Under the pieces are notes generated by a model. It was not told the origin of the DNA and made no database searches. It saw only the letters and a program-made list of their open reading frames with translations. The translations under genes and the position numbers were made by a program. Shown piece after piece: positions 10,257 through 22,278 of a stretch of DNA of 64,000 nt. Each line of letters starts with the position of its first letter. Position 1 is the first letter of the stretch. The stretch covers positions 256,001 through 320,000 of the forward strand of contig CAWHTE010000011.1 in the NCBI GenBank assembly GCA_963832165.1. The letters run 5' to 3'. Origin of the DNA: an uncultured delta proteobacterium. GTDB taxonomy: Bacteria > Myxococcota_A > UBA9160 > SMWR01.

Positions 10257-12948
10257 ACACGCTGTCGGCCGCGGTGAGATTGAGTCCGGTTCCGCCCGCT
10301 CGCAGCGAGACGAGCATCACGGGGGGGCCGCTCTCGCTCTGGAACTGTTCGACGACCGCGGCGCGGTCGCGCGTCGAGCCGTCGAGGCGCGTGAACGACA
10401 GGTCGGCGCCGCGCAGCACCGGCTCGACGCGGTCGAGCAGCGACGTCCACTGCGAGAACACGAGCGCCTTGTGTCCCTCGGCGACCGACTCCTCGAGGTT
10501 CTCGCGCAGCACCTCGAGCTTCGCCGAGCGCTCGATGTGCGCGCCCGGGACCAGGCTCGCGTCGCAGGCGGCCTGGCGCAGCCGCAGCAGCGCCTCGAGC
10601 ACCTGGAACGCGCCGCCGCCCGCGGCGAAGCGCGCGGCCACGTCGTCGCGCGTGGCCGCGCGGATCGCGTCGTACACCTGGCGCTCGTCCTCCGCGAGCT
10701 CGACGTGCAGCACCACCTCGGTTCGCGGCGGGAGCTCGGGCGCGACGTCGCGCTTCTTGCGCCGCAACACGAACGGCCGCACGCGCGCGCGCAGTCGCTC
10801 GGCCGCGATCGCGTCGCCCGCGGCGATCGGCCGTGCATAGCGCTCGTCGAAGTCGCGTTGGCTGCCGAGCCAGCCGCGCGACAGGAACTGGAACTGGCTC
10901 CAGAGCTCGGAGAGCCGGTTCTCGATCGGCGTTCCCGTGAGCGCGACCCGGAACCGGCCCGGCAGGCGATGCGCCGCGCGCGCCACCTGGCTGTCGGCGT
11001 TCTTGATCGACTGCGACTCGTCGAGCACCACGCTCGCCCAGTCGACGGCGCACAGCGCGTCGATGTCGAGCCGAAGCAGCGCATAGCTCGTGATCGTGAG
11101 GTCGGCGGCGGGATCCAGCTCGCGCGAGGGCCCGTGATAGACGCACACGCGCAGGGCAGGGCGGAAGCGCGCAGTCTCCGCGGCCCAGTTCGGTACGACG
11201 CTGGTCGGCGCCACGACGAGCGTGCGGCCGCGCACTGCGCAGAGCGCCTGGAGGGTCTTGCCGAGTCCCATGTCGTCGGCGAGCAGCGCGGGCAGAGCGA
11301 GCTCGCGCAGGCCGCCGAGCCAGCGCACGCCTTCGCTCTGATAGGTGCGCAGCTGCGCGACGAGATCCGCGGGCAATGCGTCCTGCGCGGTGAGTGCGGG
11401 CGCATCGACGAGCGCGCCGAGCGCGCGTCGGAGCGCCTCTGCGGCCTCCGGCACCGGATCGCCGAGCTCCTCGGCGAGCGCCGCGAGCTCGGGCAGCGCG
11501 GCGCTCGGAAGGTCGCCGCGCTCACCGCGCGCCGCGAGCAGATCGGCTACGCGCGCGCCGTGCCGCGTCAGCCAATCACTCGGGAGCTGCGCGAAACCGC
11601 CGCCGTCGAGCGCCACCCAGCTCTCCCCCGCGCGCCACGCTTCGAGCACGCGCGCGGTCGCCGCGCTGCGCAACTTTCCGGCGCGATCGGTCAGCTCGAA
11701 CGCGGCGTTGCCCTCCGTCGCGTCGAAGCGCGGCGCAAGCGAGCCGACGCGCGTGAAGTGCGCGAGCGCGGGCGCATCGGCCGCGCCGTGCCAGCGCCGC
11801 AGCCGGCTCGTGAGCTCGAGCGCCTCGTGCCCGCGCACGACCACGCGTCGGCCCGGTGCGAGCTCGAGCTCGTGCGCGAGCCGTCGCAACAGCGCGCGCT
11901 CGACCGCTTCGTCTCGCAGCGGCAGTGCGCCGCCGAGCGGCACGAGCCGGCCCGCGTCGACGCGCGCAGTGGGCGGATCTCCGTAGACCAGCAGCGCGAG
12001 CACGGCGAGCGCGTCGCCTTCGCGCTCGATCGCGAGCGCGATGCGCGGCGGCTCGCTGCTCGTACGCGGCAGGCGATCGGTGGCGATCTCGAGTGGAATC
12101 CGCTCTTGCAACGACGGCAACACGGCGGTGACGAGCTCGGCGGCCTCGTCGGCGCGATAGGTGCGACCGCGCTGCAGCTCCTCGAGCTCGCGGCCCGAGA
12201 GCAGCGAGGCGCCGAGCGGGCAGAGCGTGCCGTCGTCGAGCAGCGCCACCTCGCCCGCGAACGTCTCCATCACGCGTGGATCCCGTCGCGCGATCAGGCG
12301 GAAGCCCTCGGGCGCATCCTCGAGCCGCCCGACGAACCCGACGGGCGAGGCGTTCGCACGCACCGGCGTTCCGTCGAGCGCGACGTCGGTACAGCTCGCG
12401 AGCGCCCCGAGCACGCTCGGCCACAGCCCGCGCGGCAGCTCGCCGCGCAGCCGCGTGCCGAGCGCGCGCTCGACGGCGAGATCCGCGGCGGTGGCGAGGA
12501 ACGCGGGTCCATCGCTGCGCGAGGCCGCGGCGAGCGTGGTCTGGAGCGGCTCCTCGCGGTCGCCCAGCACGATGGCGCGCTCGAAGTGCAGCGCGCCCGC
12601 GCGCCGCGCGAGCCGGACGCCGATCCGGCCGGAAGGCTGGCCCGCGCCGGGCAGACGCTCGCCGCTGCGGCGCGCCTGGCGCAGCGCGATCACGGCCGCG
12701 GCCGCGTGCTCGCAGACGTCTTCGCGGCTCGCGCAGTCGCAGTTCCAGTCGGGCGGGTCGAGGTCGAGATGCACCGAGGGGGAGACGAGCCCGCCGCGTG
12801 TCGCCACGCGCAGCGCGACGGTGTCTCCCTCGTCGCGCTCGCCCTGCACCGCGCCCGCGCGCGCGAGCGAGACAGCCTGTGACCAGACCGTGGCCGAACA
12901 GGCGGCCCGGATCGCCGTGAACAGCTCGTCGATCGCTTCACTCGACAT
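9989..12948 (-). CDS. SNF2-family helicase with N-terminal SWIM zinc finger; C-terminal repeat insertion and frameshift near 10070
   Basis: [16 protein letters not shown] motif, [46 protein letters not shown]. The plausible end [11 protein letters not shown] (stop 9989) is in the adjacent frame. Confidence 0.9.
10039..10071 (-). repeat. Structured short repeat, copy inside the helicase C-terminus
   Basis: The reverse complement TTCGCGCAGCGAGCCGAAGGCGAGCGAAG (10070-10042) is identical over 29 nt to 63170-63198. Confidence 0.85.
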
Positions 12949-12955
12949 GGTTCGA

Positions 12956-13933
12956 CTAACGCGTTGCGCCGAGCGCGGCCTCGATCGCGCGCCCGAGCGC
13001 CTCGATGGCGCCGAACGAGCTGCGCGAGCCATCGCTGCGCAGCTTCTCGGACACCCCGCCGGCGCCGCCGATCTGTGCGACGCCGAAGGTCCCGTAGCGG
13101 CGCGTGAGCGCTTCGATCACGAAGCGCTCGCGCCCGCCCGCGCGGCGCGCGCGCAGCGCATCCGAGTCGAGTGCGAAGCGCCGGTGTGCCGCGAGCGTCT
13201 CGATCAGCGCGTCCACGCCGGTCCCGTCGCGCGCCGAGAGCAGCGAGACGGGCGGCTCCCAGCTCTTGGGCTCGCGCTCCGCCAACCGGACGCCCGCCTC
13301 GAGCTCGCGCGCGGTACGCTGCGCGAGCGCGCCGGTGTCGGCCTTGTTCACGACGAACACGTCGACGAGCTCGAGCAGGCCCGCCTTCATGAACTGGAGC
13401 GTGTCGCCGCTGCCCGGATTGGCGACGAACACGAGCGTGTCGACGAGATCGGCCACGGCAGCCTCGGACTGGCCGACGCCGACCGTCTCGACGAACACGC
13501 AGTCGAACGCGGTGGAGAGGATCGCGACCGCCGCCCAGGTCTGCTCGGCGATGCCGCCCAGGCGGTCGCGTGCGGCCATCGAGCGGATGAACACGCCGTC
13601 GTCGCCCCCGCTCGAGCGCATCCGGATGCGATCGCCCAGCAGCGCGCCGCCGGTGCGCTGGCTCGAGGGATCGACCGCGACGACCGCGACGGTCTGCCCA
13701 CTGCGGCGCAGTCCGCGCACGAGCGCGTCGAGCAGCGTCGACTTGCCCGAGCCCGGCGCGCCCGTCACGCCGATCCGCGCGCTGCCCGGGAACGGCTCGC
13801 CCTGCTCGAGCGCGTCGAGCAGCGCGAGGGCCTGTGCGCGCGGTCCGGGGCGCTGATCGTCGGCGAGGTTGAGCGCGGCGGCGACGGCGGCGCGATCGCG
13901 CTTCTTCAGCCGATCGACAAGGTCAGGCTGCAG
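12956..13933 (-). CDS. meaB: MeaB/ArgK-type GTPase chaperone of B12-dependent mutase
   Basis: [55 protein letters not shown]; start uncertain. Confidence 0.9.
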   Translation of the reverse strand: MQPDLVDRLKKRDRAAVAAALNLADDQRPGPRAQALALLDALEQGEPFPGSARIGVTGAPGSGKSTLLDALVRGLRRSGQTVAVVAVDPSSQRTGGALLGDRIRMRSSGGDDGVFIRSMAARDRLGGIAEQTWAAVAILSTAFDCVFVETVGVGQSEAAVADLVDTLVFVANPGSGDTLQFMKAGLLELVDVFVVNKADTGALAQRTARELEAGVRLAEREPKSWEPPVSLLSARDGTGVDALIETLAAHRRFALDSDALRARRAGGRERFVIEALTRRYGTFGVAQIGGAGGVSEKLRSDGSRSSFGAIEALGRAIEAALGATR

Positions 13934-15907
13934 CGCGCGACTCCGCGACGACGTCGACGATCTCGTCCATGATGCGCGTGAGGTCGAAGTCCTTCGGCGT
14001 GTAGACGCGCGCGACACCGGCTTTGCGCAGCGTGCGCGCGTCCTCCTCGGGGATGATCCCGCCGACGATCACGGGCAGCTCGCCGCAGCCCGCCGCGCGC
14101 AGCCGCTCGAGTACGTCGATCACGAGCACGCCGTGCGAGCCGGACAGGATCGAGAGGCCGATCACGTGCACGCCCTCGTCGCGCGCCGAGCTCGCGATCT
14201 CCTCGGGTGTGAGTCGGATCCCCTCGTACACGACTTCGATCCCGACGTCGCGCGCCTTCACGGCGATCTGTTCGGCGCCATTGCTGTGCCCGTCGAGCCC
14301 GGGCTTGCCGACGAGCAGCTTGAGCGGGCGCCCGAGGCGATCCGCGAGCGCGTGCACGCGCCGGCGCACCGCCGCGGTGTCACCGCTCGCGGTGGCGGAC
14401 TCGCCCGCGACCACGCCGGTCGGCGCGCGGTACTCGCCGAAGCGCTTGCGCAGCGCGTCGGCCCATTCGCCCGTGGTGACCCCCGCGTGCGCGGCGCGGA
14501 TCGACACCGGCATCACGTTCTTGCCCGCCGCGATCGCGTCGTCGAGCTCGCGCAGCGCGCTCTTCACCTCCGCGGCGCTGCGCCGGGTGCGGAACGCGCG
14601 CAGCGACTCGATCTGCTCGCGCTCCGCAGACTCGTCCACGACCAGGATCGACTGTCGCCCGCCGTGAGCGGCGACGGCTCGGTCTCGGTGTAGGCGTTCA
14701 CGCCGACCACGATGTGCTCGCCGCTCTCGATCGCGCGCAGGCGCCGCGTGTTCGCGGCCACGAGCTGCTGCTTCATGTAGGCGCTCTCGACCGCGGCCAC
14801 GGCGCCGCCCATCTTCAGCACGCGCGCGAGCTCTTCCTTTGCGCTCGCGATCAGATCGTTCGTCTGCTTCTCGACCACGTGGGAGCCGTCGAACAGGTCC
14901 TCGTACTCGAGCAGGTCGGTTTCGTAGGCGAGGATCTGCTGGATGCGCAGCGACCACTGCTGGTCCCACGGGCGCGGCAGACCGAGCGCCTCGTTCCAGG
15001 CCGGCAGCTGCAGCGCGCGGCAGCGCGCCTTCTTCGAGAACGTGACGCCGAGCGCCTCGAGCACGATCCGGATCACGTTGTTCTCGGGCTGGGCCTCGGT
15101 GAGGCCGAGGCTGTTCACCTGCACGCCGTAGCGGAAGCGGCGCAGCACGGAATCGGTCACGCCGTAGCGCTCCGCGGTGATCTCGTCCCAGATCTCGGCC
15201 ATCGCACGCGCCTTGCAGATCTCCTCGACGAAGCGGATGCCCGCGTTCAGGAAGAACGAGATCCGGCCGACGACCTCGGGGATCGCGCTCTCGGGCACGT
15301 CGTCGCGCGCGCGCGTGGCATCGAGCACCGCGATCGCGTTCGCCATCGCGAACGCGATCTCCTGGGTCGGCGTCGCTCCCGCCTCCTGCAGGTGATAGGA
15401 GCAGACGTTGATCGGGTTCCACTTCGGGATCTGCGCGACCGTGTACGCGACGATGTCCGTGGTGAGCCGCATCGAGGGCTCGGGCGGAAACACGTAGGTG
15501 CCGCGCGAGAGGTACTCCTTGATGATGTCGTTCTGCGTGGTGCCCGAGAGCTGCGAAGCGGACACGCCGCTGCGCTCGGCCGTCGCGACGTAGAGCGCGA
15601 GCAGCCATGCGGCCGTGGCGTTGATCGTCATCGAGGTGTTCATGCGGTCGAGCGGGATTTCCGCGAACAGCGCCTGCATGTCGTCGATGTGTCCGATCGG
15701 CACGCCCACCTTGCCCACCTCGCCGCGCGCGAGCGGATGGTCGGAATCGAAGCCGGTCTGGGTGGGCAGATCGAACGCCACGGAGAGGCCGGTCTGGCCC
15801 TTGGCGAGATTGCCGCGGTAGAGCTCGTTGCTCGCGCGCGCCGACGAGTGGCCCGAATAGGTGCGGAATACCCAGGGCCGGTCGCGGTGGTCGGGAGACG
15901 CGGTCAT
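13923..15907 (-). CDS. ecm: Ethylmalonyl-CoA mutase (protein MeaA/Ecm); frameshift near 14655
   Basis: PWVFRTYSGHSSARASNELYR..NLAKGQTGLSVAFDLPTQTG typical of MeaA/Ecm; B12 domain GKPGLDGHSNGAEQIA and GLSILSGSH in the second frame. Confidence 0.9.
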
Positions 15908-15934
15908 AAGTGCCCGAATAAGCTACCGTAGGAC

Positions 15935-16906
<972 letters not shown>

Positions 16907-17021
16907 GTCGCTCGGGGCTCCCGCGGCGGTTGGATTCCATTCAGGGCCGGCACGGAATCAGCCGATCTACCCGTGAGCGTTACCATTCTGGGGTGGGTGT
17001 GGAAGGGCTAGCGGTGCCTGC

Positions 17022-17561
17022 ATGAAGTTCACGCCGGGGCGCGTCGCGGGCTGCTTCGTCATCGAGCTCGAACGGCGCGAGGACGATCGCGGCTACTTCG
17101 CACGCGCCTGGTGCGAGCAGGAGCTCGCCGATCATGGCCTGTGCACAGACGTCTCCCAGGTGAACGTGGGCGTGAGTGTCCTGGCCGGGACGCTGCGCGG
17201 CATGCACTACCAGGTCGCGCCGCATGCCGAGGTCAAGATCGCGCGCTGCGCGCGTGGCGCCGCATTCGACGTGGCCGTCGATCTGCGCCCCGATTCTCCG
17301 ACCTTCCTCGAGTGGCAGGGCTGCGAGCTGTCGGGCGACAACGGCCGGATGCTCTACATCCCGGAAGGATGCGCGCACGGCTATCTTACGTTGACAGACG
17401 ACGCCGAACTTCTTTATTTCACTTCGAGACGGTACGCGCCGGATGCGGCGCGCGGCGTCCGCTTCGACGACCCGCAGTTCTCAATCGAGTGGCCACGTCC
17501 GGTGACCACGATCTCGCCAGCAGATGCTGCCTGGCCGGACTTCAAGGTGACAAAGCCATGA
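17022..17561 (+). CDS. rfbC: dTDP-4-dehydrorhamnose 3,5-epimerase family protein
   Basis: DDRGYFARAWC, GTLRGMHYQ, DVAVDLRPDSPTF, YIPEGCAHGY. Confidence 0.9.
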   Translation: MKFTPGRVAGCFVIELERREDDRGYFARAWCEQELADHGLCTDVSQVNVGVSVLAGTLRGMHYQVAPHAEVKIARCARGAAFDVAVDLRPDSPTFLEWQGCELSGDNGRMLYIPEGCAHGYLTLTDDAELLYFTSRRYAPDAARGVRFDDPQFSIEWPRPVTTISPADAAWPDFKVTKP

Positions 17562-18856
17562 TCATCGTCGACACCGCTCTCAAGAAGCGCCTCGCCCAGA
17601 ACAACCCGGTTCGCGTTGCGCTCGTCGCGGCGGGCTACATGGGCCGCGGCATCGTGCTCGAGATCCTGACGGCCTTCCCCGGCCTGCGCCTGGTGGCGAT
17701 CGCGAATCGCACCGCGGACCAGGCCGAGCGCGCCTATCGCGAGGCGGGAGCGCACGATCTCCGCTCCGCGACGACGCCGGCAGAGCTCGAGAAGGCGATG
17801 GCGGACGGCGTCTACGCCGTGACCGACGACCCGACCGTCGTCTGCCGCGCCAACGGAGTCGAGGCGATCATCGAGACGAGCGGAGACGTCGAGTTCGGTG
17901 CGCTCGTCGCGCTCGAGGCGCTCAAGAACGGCAAGCACGTGATCCTGATGAACGCCGAGGTGGATGCCGCCGTCGGACCCATGCTCAAGGTGTACGCAGA
18001 CCGAAACAACGCGGTGTACACCTACACCGACGGCGACGAGCCGGGCGTTGCGATGAATCTGTTCCGGTTCGTGGACAGCATCGGCTACAAGCCGGTGATG
18101 ATGGGGCAGATCAAGGGCTTCCTGAACCGCTACCGGAATCCGGACACGCAGCAGGAGTTCGCGGCGAAGCACAACCAGAAGGCTTCGATGGTCGCGTCCT
18201 TCGCCGACGGCTCCAAGCTCGCGCTCGAGTCCGCGATCATGGGCAACGCCACGGGCTTCAAGCCCGCGAAGCTCGGCATGTACGGCTACGAGTGCAAGCA
18301 CGTGAAGGATCTACTCCAGCACTTCAAGCCGGAGGACTTCGCGCAGGGCGGCGTCGTCGACTTCGTGCTGGGCGCCGAGCCGCACACGGGCGCGTTCATC
18401 ATGGGCTACAACGACAACCCGGTGCTGCAGCAGTACATGGCGTACTTCAAGTTCGGCAACGGCCCGCTCTACATGTTCTACACGCCGTACCACCTGCCGC
18501 ATCTGCAGCTGCCGCACTCGGTCGCGCGCGCCGTGCTGTTCCAGGATCCGACGCTGACTCCGCGCGGAGCACCGGTGTGCGAGGCCGTCGCCTACGCGAA
18601 ACGCGACCTCAAGGCCGGCGAGCTGCTCGACGGCATGGGCGGCTTCACCAACTACGGCCTGATCGATACCTACGAGAACAGCCTCGCCAACGACTATCTG
18701 CCCATGTCGCTGTCGGTCGACTGCAAGCTGGTTCGCGCCATCGCGAAGGATCAGCCGCTGCGGTACTCCGACGTCGTGCTGCCGACGGGTCGGGTCTGCG
18801 ATCAGCTCCGCGCCGAGCAGCTCGCGCACTTCGGCGGCGCCAAGCGCACGAGCTGA
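17558..18856 (+). CDS. NAD(P)-dependent oxidoreductase with C-terminal SAF domain
   Basis: MIIVDTALKKR..PVRVALVAAGYMGRG, GDEPG, FADGSKLALE, AKRDLKAGELLDGMGG (SAF). Confidence 0.82.
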   Translation: MIIVDTALKKRLAQNNPVRVALVAAGYMGRGIVLEILTAFPGLRLVAIANRTADQAERAYREAGAHDLRSATTPAELEKAMADGVYAVTDDPTVVCRANGVEAIIETSGDVEFGALVALEALKNGKHVILMNAEVDAAVGPMLKVYADRNNAVYTYTDGDEPGVAMNLFRFVDSIGYKPVMMGQIKGFLNRYRNPDTQQEFAAKHNQKASMVASFADGSKLALESAIMGNATGFKPAKLGMYGYECKHVKDLLQHFKPEDFAQGGVVDFVLGAEPHTGAFIMGYNDNPVLQQYMAYFKFGNGPLYMFYTPYHLPHLQLPHSVARAVLFQDPTLTPRGAPVCEAVAYAKRDLKAGELLDGMGGFTNYGLIDTYENSLANDYLPMSLSVDCKLVRAIAKDQPLRYSDVVLPTGRVCDQLRAEQLAHFGGAKRTS

Positions 18857-18966
18857 GTCCATCCGGCGCGGCGGCGGGATCCGCGGTCCGGCGCGGTCGA
18901 GGCCGACGTCTGCCTGTCGGAGCCCGCTGACGCACCCCCTCTTCCCCTGACGCGGGAAATGAGTCG

Positions 18967-18995
18967 TTGACGAGTGTCAGCGGGTGGTGCATCAT
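18967..18995 (+). promoter_or_regulatory. Candidate promoter with TetR-type operator TGAC-N4-GTCA over the -35
   Basis: TTGACG (18967-72), 17 nt, CATCAT (18990-95); inverted repeat TGACGAGTGTCA at 18968-18979, upstream of the P450-TetR pair. Confidence 0.5.
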
Positions 18996-19022
18996 GGCGA
19001 ACGCGCGCAGACACGGAGAACC

Positions 19023-20261
19023 ATGATGGCGATCGCTGAGTTGCCCGGATTCGCTCCCGAGACCGCCGAGTTCTACCAGCAACCCGACGTCCACGAACTG
19101 TTCCGCCGGCTGCGTGCCGAGGATCCGCTGCACTGGTACGAGCCATCCCGCTTCTGGGCCGTCACCAAGCACGCCGACATCCAGGACATCTCGCAGCGGC
19201 CGCGCCGGTTCTCGTCCGAGCAGGGCACGCAGCTGTTCGAGGCGGTCCGCCGCGCGCGCGGGGAGGGGCCGCTGGAGAGCGGGTCGATGGGGGCGATGGC
19301 GGCGAGTGCGCCCTCGATCATCCGGATGGACCCGCCGCGCCACAACCGGCACCGCAAGCTCGTGATGGGGGCCTTCACGCCGCGCCGCATCGCGGCGATG
19401 GAGCCGCGCATCCGGGAGATCGCCAAGCGCAGCCTCGACGCGATCGATCCGCGCGGGCCGATCGATTTCGTCGAGCAGGTGGCGATCCCGATGCCGATGT
19501 ACGTGATCGCCGAGATGCTCGGCGTCTCGTCCGACAACTACGGTGATTTCCGGCGCTGGTCGGACGCGATGATCGAAGCGGGCGGCGGCGAGATCAACAT
19601 GGAGACGATGATGATCGTCGCCGAGCTGGGCCGCTACGCGATCGGCGTCGCGGAACAGCGCCGTCGCGAGCCGCAGGACGATCTCATCTCGATCCTGGTC
19701 GAGTCCGAGCTCGAGGGCGAGCGCCTCACCGATGCCGAGATCGCGATCTTCTGCCTCACGCTGCTCGTCGCGGGCAACGAGACCACGCGCAATCTCGTGT
19801 CGGGTGGGAGCCTCCTGCTGATGCGCCACCCCGAGCAGCGCGAGCAGCTGCTTGCGGATTCGGGTCTCCTGCCGAACGCCATCGAGGAGATGCTGCGGCT
19901 CGTATCGCCGGTGCGGAACTTCGCGCGCGTCGCCACCGAGGACACCGAGCTGCGAGGCCAGAAGATCCGCGCCGGTGACACGCTCGTACTCTTCTACAGC
20001 TCGGCCAACCGCGACGAGGAAGTGTTCGGGGCCGATTCCGAGGCCTTCGACGTCACGCGCGAGAGCGCCCGGCGCCACATCGCATTCGGCTTCGGCGAGC
20101 ACCTGTGTCTCGGCGCCTCGCTCGCGCGCCTCGAAGCGCGCGTGATGTTCGAGGAGCTGTTCGCGCGCTGGCCACACTTCGCGCTCGCGGGAGAGCCCGA
20201 GCCGATGCTCTCGAGCCTCATGAACGGTCTCCTGCGCATGCCCGTGGTGCTCGAGCCGTGA
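19023..20261 (+). CDS. Cytochrome P450
   Basis: I-helix AGNETT, EEMLR (ExxR), heme motif FGFGEHLCLG. Confidence 0.95.
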   Translation: MMAIAELPGFAPETAEFYQQPDVHELFRRLRAEDPLHWYEPSRFWAVTKHADIQDISQRPRRFSSEQGTQLFEAVRRARGEGPLESGSMGAMAASAPSIIRMDPPRHNRHRKLVMGAFTPRRIAAMEPRIREIAKRSLDAIDPRGPIDFVEQVAIPMPMYVIAEMLGVSSDNYGDFRRWSDAMIEAGGGEINMETMMIVAELGRYAIGVAEQRRREPQDDLISILVESELEGERLTDAEIAIFCLTLLVAGNETTRNLVSGGSLLLMRHPEQREQLLADSGLLPNAIEEMLRLVSPVRNFARVATEDTELRGQKIRAGDTLVLFYSSANRDEEVFGADSEAFDVTRESARRHIAFGFGEHLCLGASLARLEARVMFEELFARWPHFALAGEPEPMLSSLMNGLLRMPVVLEP

Positions 20262-20854
20262 GCGCGGCCGCTGCGGCGTCGCCGTTCGAGCGCCCGAGCG
20301 CCCGAGAGATCCAGCGCCAGCGCACGCGCGCGCGGCTGTTCGCGGCTGCGCTCGCGGAGTTCGCGCGCACAGGCTTCGACAACGCGAGCGTGGCCGAGAT
20401 CGCGCGCGCGGCCGAGGTGTCGCGGCCGAGCTTCTACTTCCACTTCCCCACCAAGGAGCACGTGCTGCTCGAGCTGCAATGGCGCAGCGAGCTCGAGCTG
20501 GTCGAGCGGCTCTCCGGAACGAGCTCGTTGCACGAGCTGCTCGGCGCGCTGCCCGATGCGATCGCCGACGTCTATGCGAGCATCGAGGGGCCCGGCGTCG
20601 CGCGCGACATGGTGATGATCTACGCGCGGCTGCCCGAGTACCTGCCGCTCGAGGAGCAGCCGTTCCCGCTCGTGCGACTGCTCGAGCGCCGCTTCAGCGA
20701 GGGCGCGCAGCGCGGCGAGCTGCGCGCGGGTCTCCACCCGATCCAGGCCACGTTCCTGTGTCTCACGAGCGTGTTCGGCTATCTGATCGGTGCGCCGCCG
20801 CACGCCGACCACCGCGCCAACCTGCGCGCGGTGGTGGGATTGTTTCTCGCCTAG
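20258..20854 (+). CDS. TetR/AcrR family regulator
   Basis: GFDNASVAEIARAAEVSRPSFYFHFPTKE HTH; GTG start overlaps the P450 stop. Confidence 0.92.
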   Translation: MSAAAAASPFERPSAREIQRQRTRARLFAAALAEFARTGFDNASVAEIARAAEVSRPSFYFHFPTKEHVLLELQWRSELELVERLSGTSSLHELLGALPDAIADVYASIEGPGVARDMVMIYARLPEYLPLEEQPFPLVRLLERRFSEGAQRGELRAGLHPIQATFLCLTSVFGYLIGAPPHADHRANLRAVVGLFLA

Positions 20855-20858
20855 GCGA

Positions 20859-21221
20859 TCAGAAGATCTCGTGCTCTTCGGTGAGGAACACCGCGGAGTT
20901 CGCGAGGTCGATGAACTCGGCCTCGTCCTCGAGCAGGCGCCGCGCGGCGTCGAGCCCGGATTGCCCCGACGCACCGAGTGCCTCGAGTGAGTCGAACCAC
21001 ACCTCGGTGATGCCGTCGTAGGGCGGCCGCGCGCCGCGCGATGCGCGCATCATCTCGCTCGCCTCGCCCGGGATCGTGTGGCTCTGCACGTAGCGCCTCA
21101 TCTGCGGAAGCTGCTCGCGCAGTCGCCGCACGAGCGGGCCGTGCACCTCGAGCCAGCGCTTCTGGAATTGCTCCAGAGACAACTCCGGCCGGCGCCGGCA
21201 GCAGAACACGAGCTTCACCAT
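20859..21221 (-). CDS. EthD domain-containing protein
   Basis: MVKLVFCCRRRPELSLEQFQKRWLEVHGPL..RYVQSH..YDGITEVWF..DEAEFID. Confidence 0.88.
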   Translation of the reverse strand: MVKLVFCCRRRPELSLEQFQKRWLEVHGPLVRRLREQLPQMRRYVQSHTIPGEASEMMRASRGARPPYDGITEVWFDSLEALGASGQSGLDAARRLLEDEAEFIDLANSAVFLTEEHEIF

Positions 21222-21238
21222 GTGGGGCTCGCGCGACG

Positions 21239-21667
21239 CTACTTGGCCCGCACGTAGTCGCGCAGCACGCTCACCTCGAGCATGGCTTCCTCGAGCCGGT
21301 GCTTCACGAGGTCGCCGATGCTCACGATCCCGATCGGTCCGACCGGGCCCATGACGAGCAAGTGGCGCACGCGGCGCGCCGTCATGATCTCCATCGCCTC
21401 GCGCACGGTCTTGTCGGGCGTGCAGGTGACCGGCTCGCGCCGCATCACCACCGAGACCGCGAGGTCGAACACGGCGCGCCCGTGCTTGGCGAGACCGTGC
21501 ACGATGTCGCGCTCGTCGAGGATCCCGGCCACGACCGCGCCGTCGCGCACGACGAGCGACCCGATGCCGTGATCGGCCAGCGTGCGCGCCGCGTTCTCGA
21601 CCCGCATGTCGCTGTCGACCGCTTCGACCCGGCCGCCCTTGGTATCCAAGATGGACTGAATTCGCAT
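21239..21667 (-). CDS. CBS domain-containing protein
   Basis: IGSLVV, GILDERDIV, RRVRHL, GIVSIGDLVK. Confidence 0.9.
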   Translation of the reverse strand: MRIQSILDTKGGRVEAVDSDMRVENAARTLADHGIGSLVVRDGAVVAGILDERDIVHGLAKHGRAVFDLAVSVVMRREPVTCTPDKTVREAMEIMTARRVRHLLVMGPVGPIGIVSIGDLVKHRLEEAMLEVSVLRDYVRAK

Positions 21668-21730
21668 GCGTATGCCTCCGTCGGCCCGCCTGCGAGTATA
21701 CGCCCGCCGAAGCGCGTGGCGCGGGGTCCG

Positions 21731-22198
21731 CTACCAGTCCGAGCTGAGCTCGCCCTTCGCGTAGTCCTCGATGTAGGCCTGGACGAAGAACGCGTAGCCG
21801 GGCTCGAGCGGCTGCTCGAGCTGGTCGGAGTCCTCGAACACGGTGCGGCCGTTCGCGAGGATGCGGAACTTCAGGCGGTCGCCGGCTTTGGGCTCGAGCG
21901 CGTTGAGCTCCACGTAGCCGCCGATCCCGCTCGGGACGTCGACCGACCAGCGGAAGGTGCCTGCGGGCACGTCCTCCCAGGTCTCCAGGTTGCGGTCGCC
22001 GCTCTCGTCGCTGAATCCGACCATCATGCGCGCGGCGCTCGTGGTCTCGGCCTCGATCTCGATCTTCGCTCCGCCGCCGCCGAACACGGTCGGGGGAATC
22101 TTGTCCAGGGCCTTCTCGGTGGAGACCAAGTTGCCGGTGATCGTCCACCAGCCGAGGACGAGCACCAGACCGAGCACCGTCCGAACGAGCGCCTTCAT
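21731..22198 (-). CDS. Hypothetical membrane-anchored protein
   Basis: MKALVRTVLGLVLVLGWW N-terminal TM followed by a beta-rich domain; protein-like composition. Confidence 0.65.
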   Translation of the reverse strand: MKALVRTVLGLVLVLGWWTITGNLVSTEKALDKIPPTVFGGGGAKIEIEAETTSAARMMVGFSDESGDRNLETWEDVPAGTFRWSVDVPSGIGGYVELNALEPKAGDRLKFRILANGRTVFEDSDQLEQPLEPGYAFFVQAYIEDYAKGELSSDW

Positions 22199-22278
22199 CA
22201 CCCAACCCCCACGCAGCACAGCACGGCTCTGCGCTCCATCGGCAGATCGGGCGGTCGATCTTGAGCCGAGTTTGCCCG

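Noticed and set aside
10198..12882. Long antisense and alternative-frame ORFs (this one and similar, e.g. 30570..33167, 41705..44368, 61330..63957)
   Set aside because: These are shadow ORFs expected in high-GC DNA opposite genuine genes; they are Arg/Ala-rich with no motifs.
4230..12948. Nuclease plus SNF2 helicase as an anti-phage defence system
   Set aside because: They are separated by housekeeping genes, with no methylase, toxin, island signature or CRISPR array.
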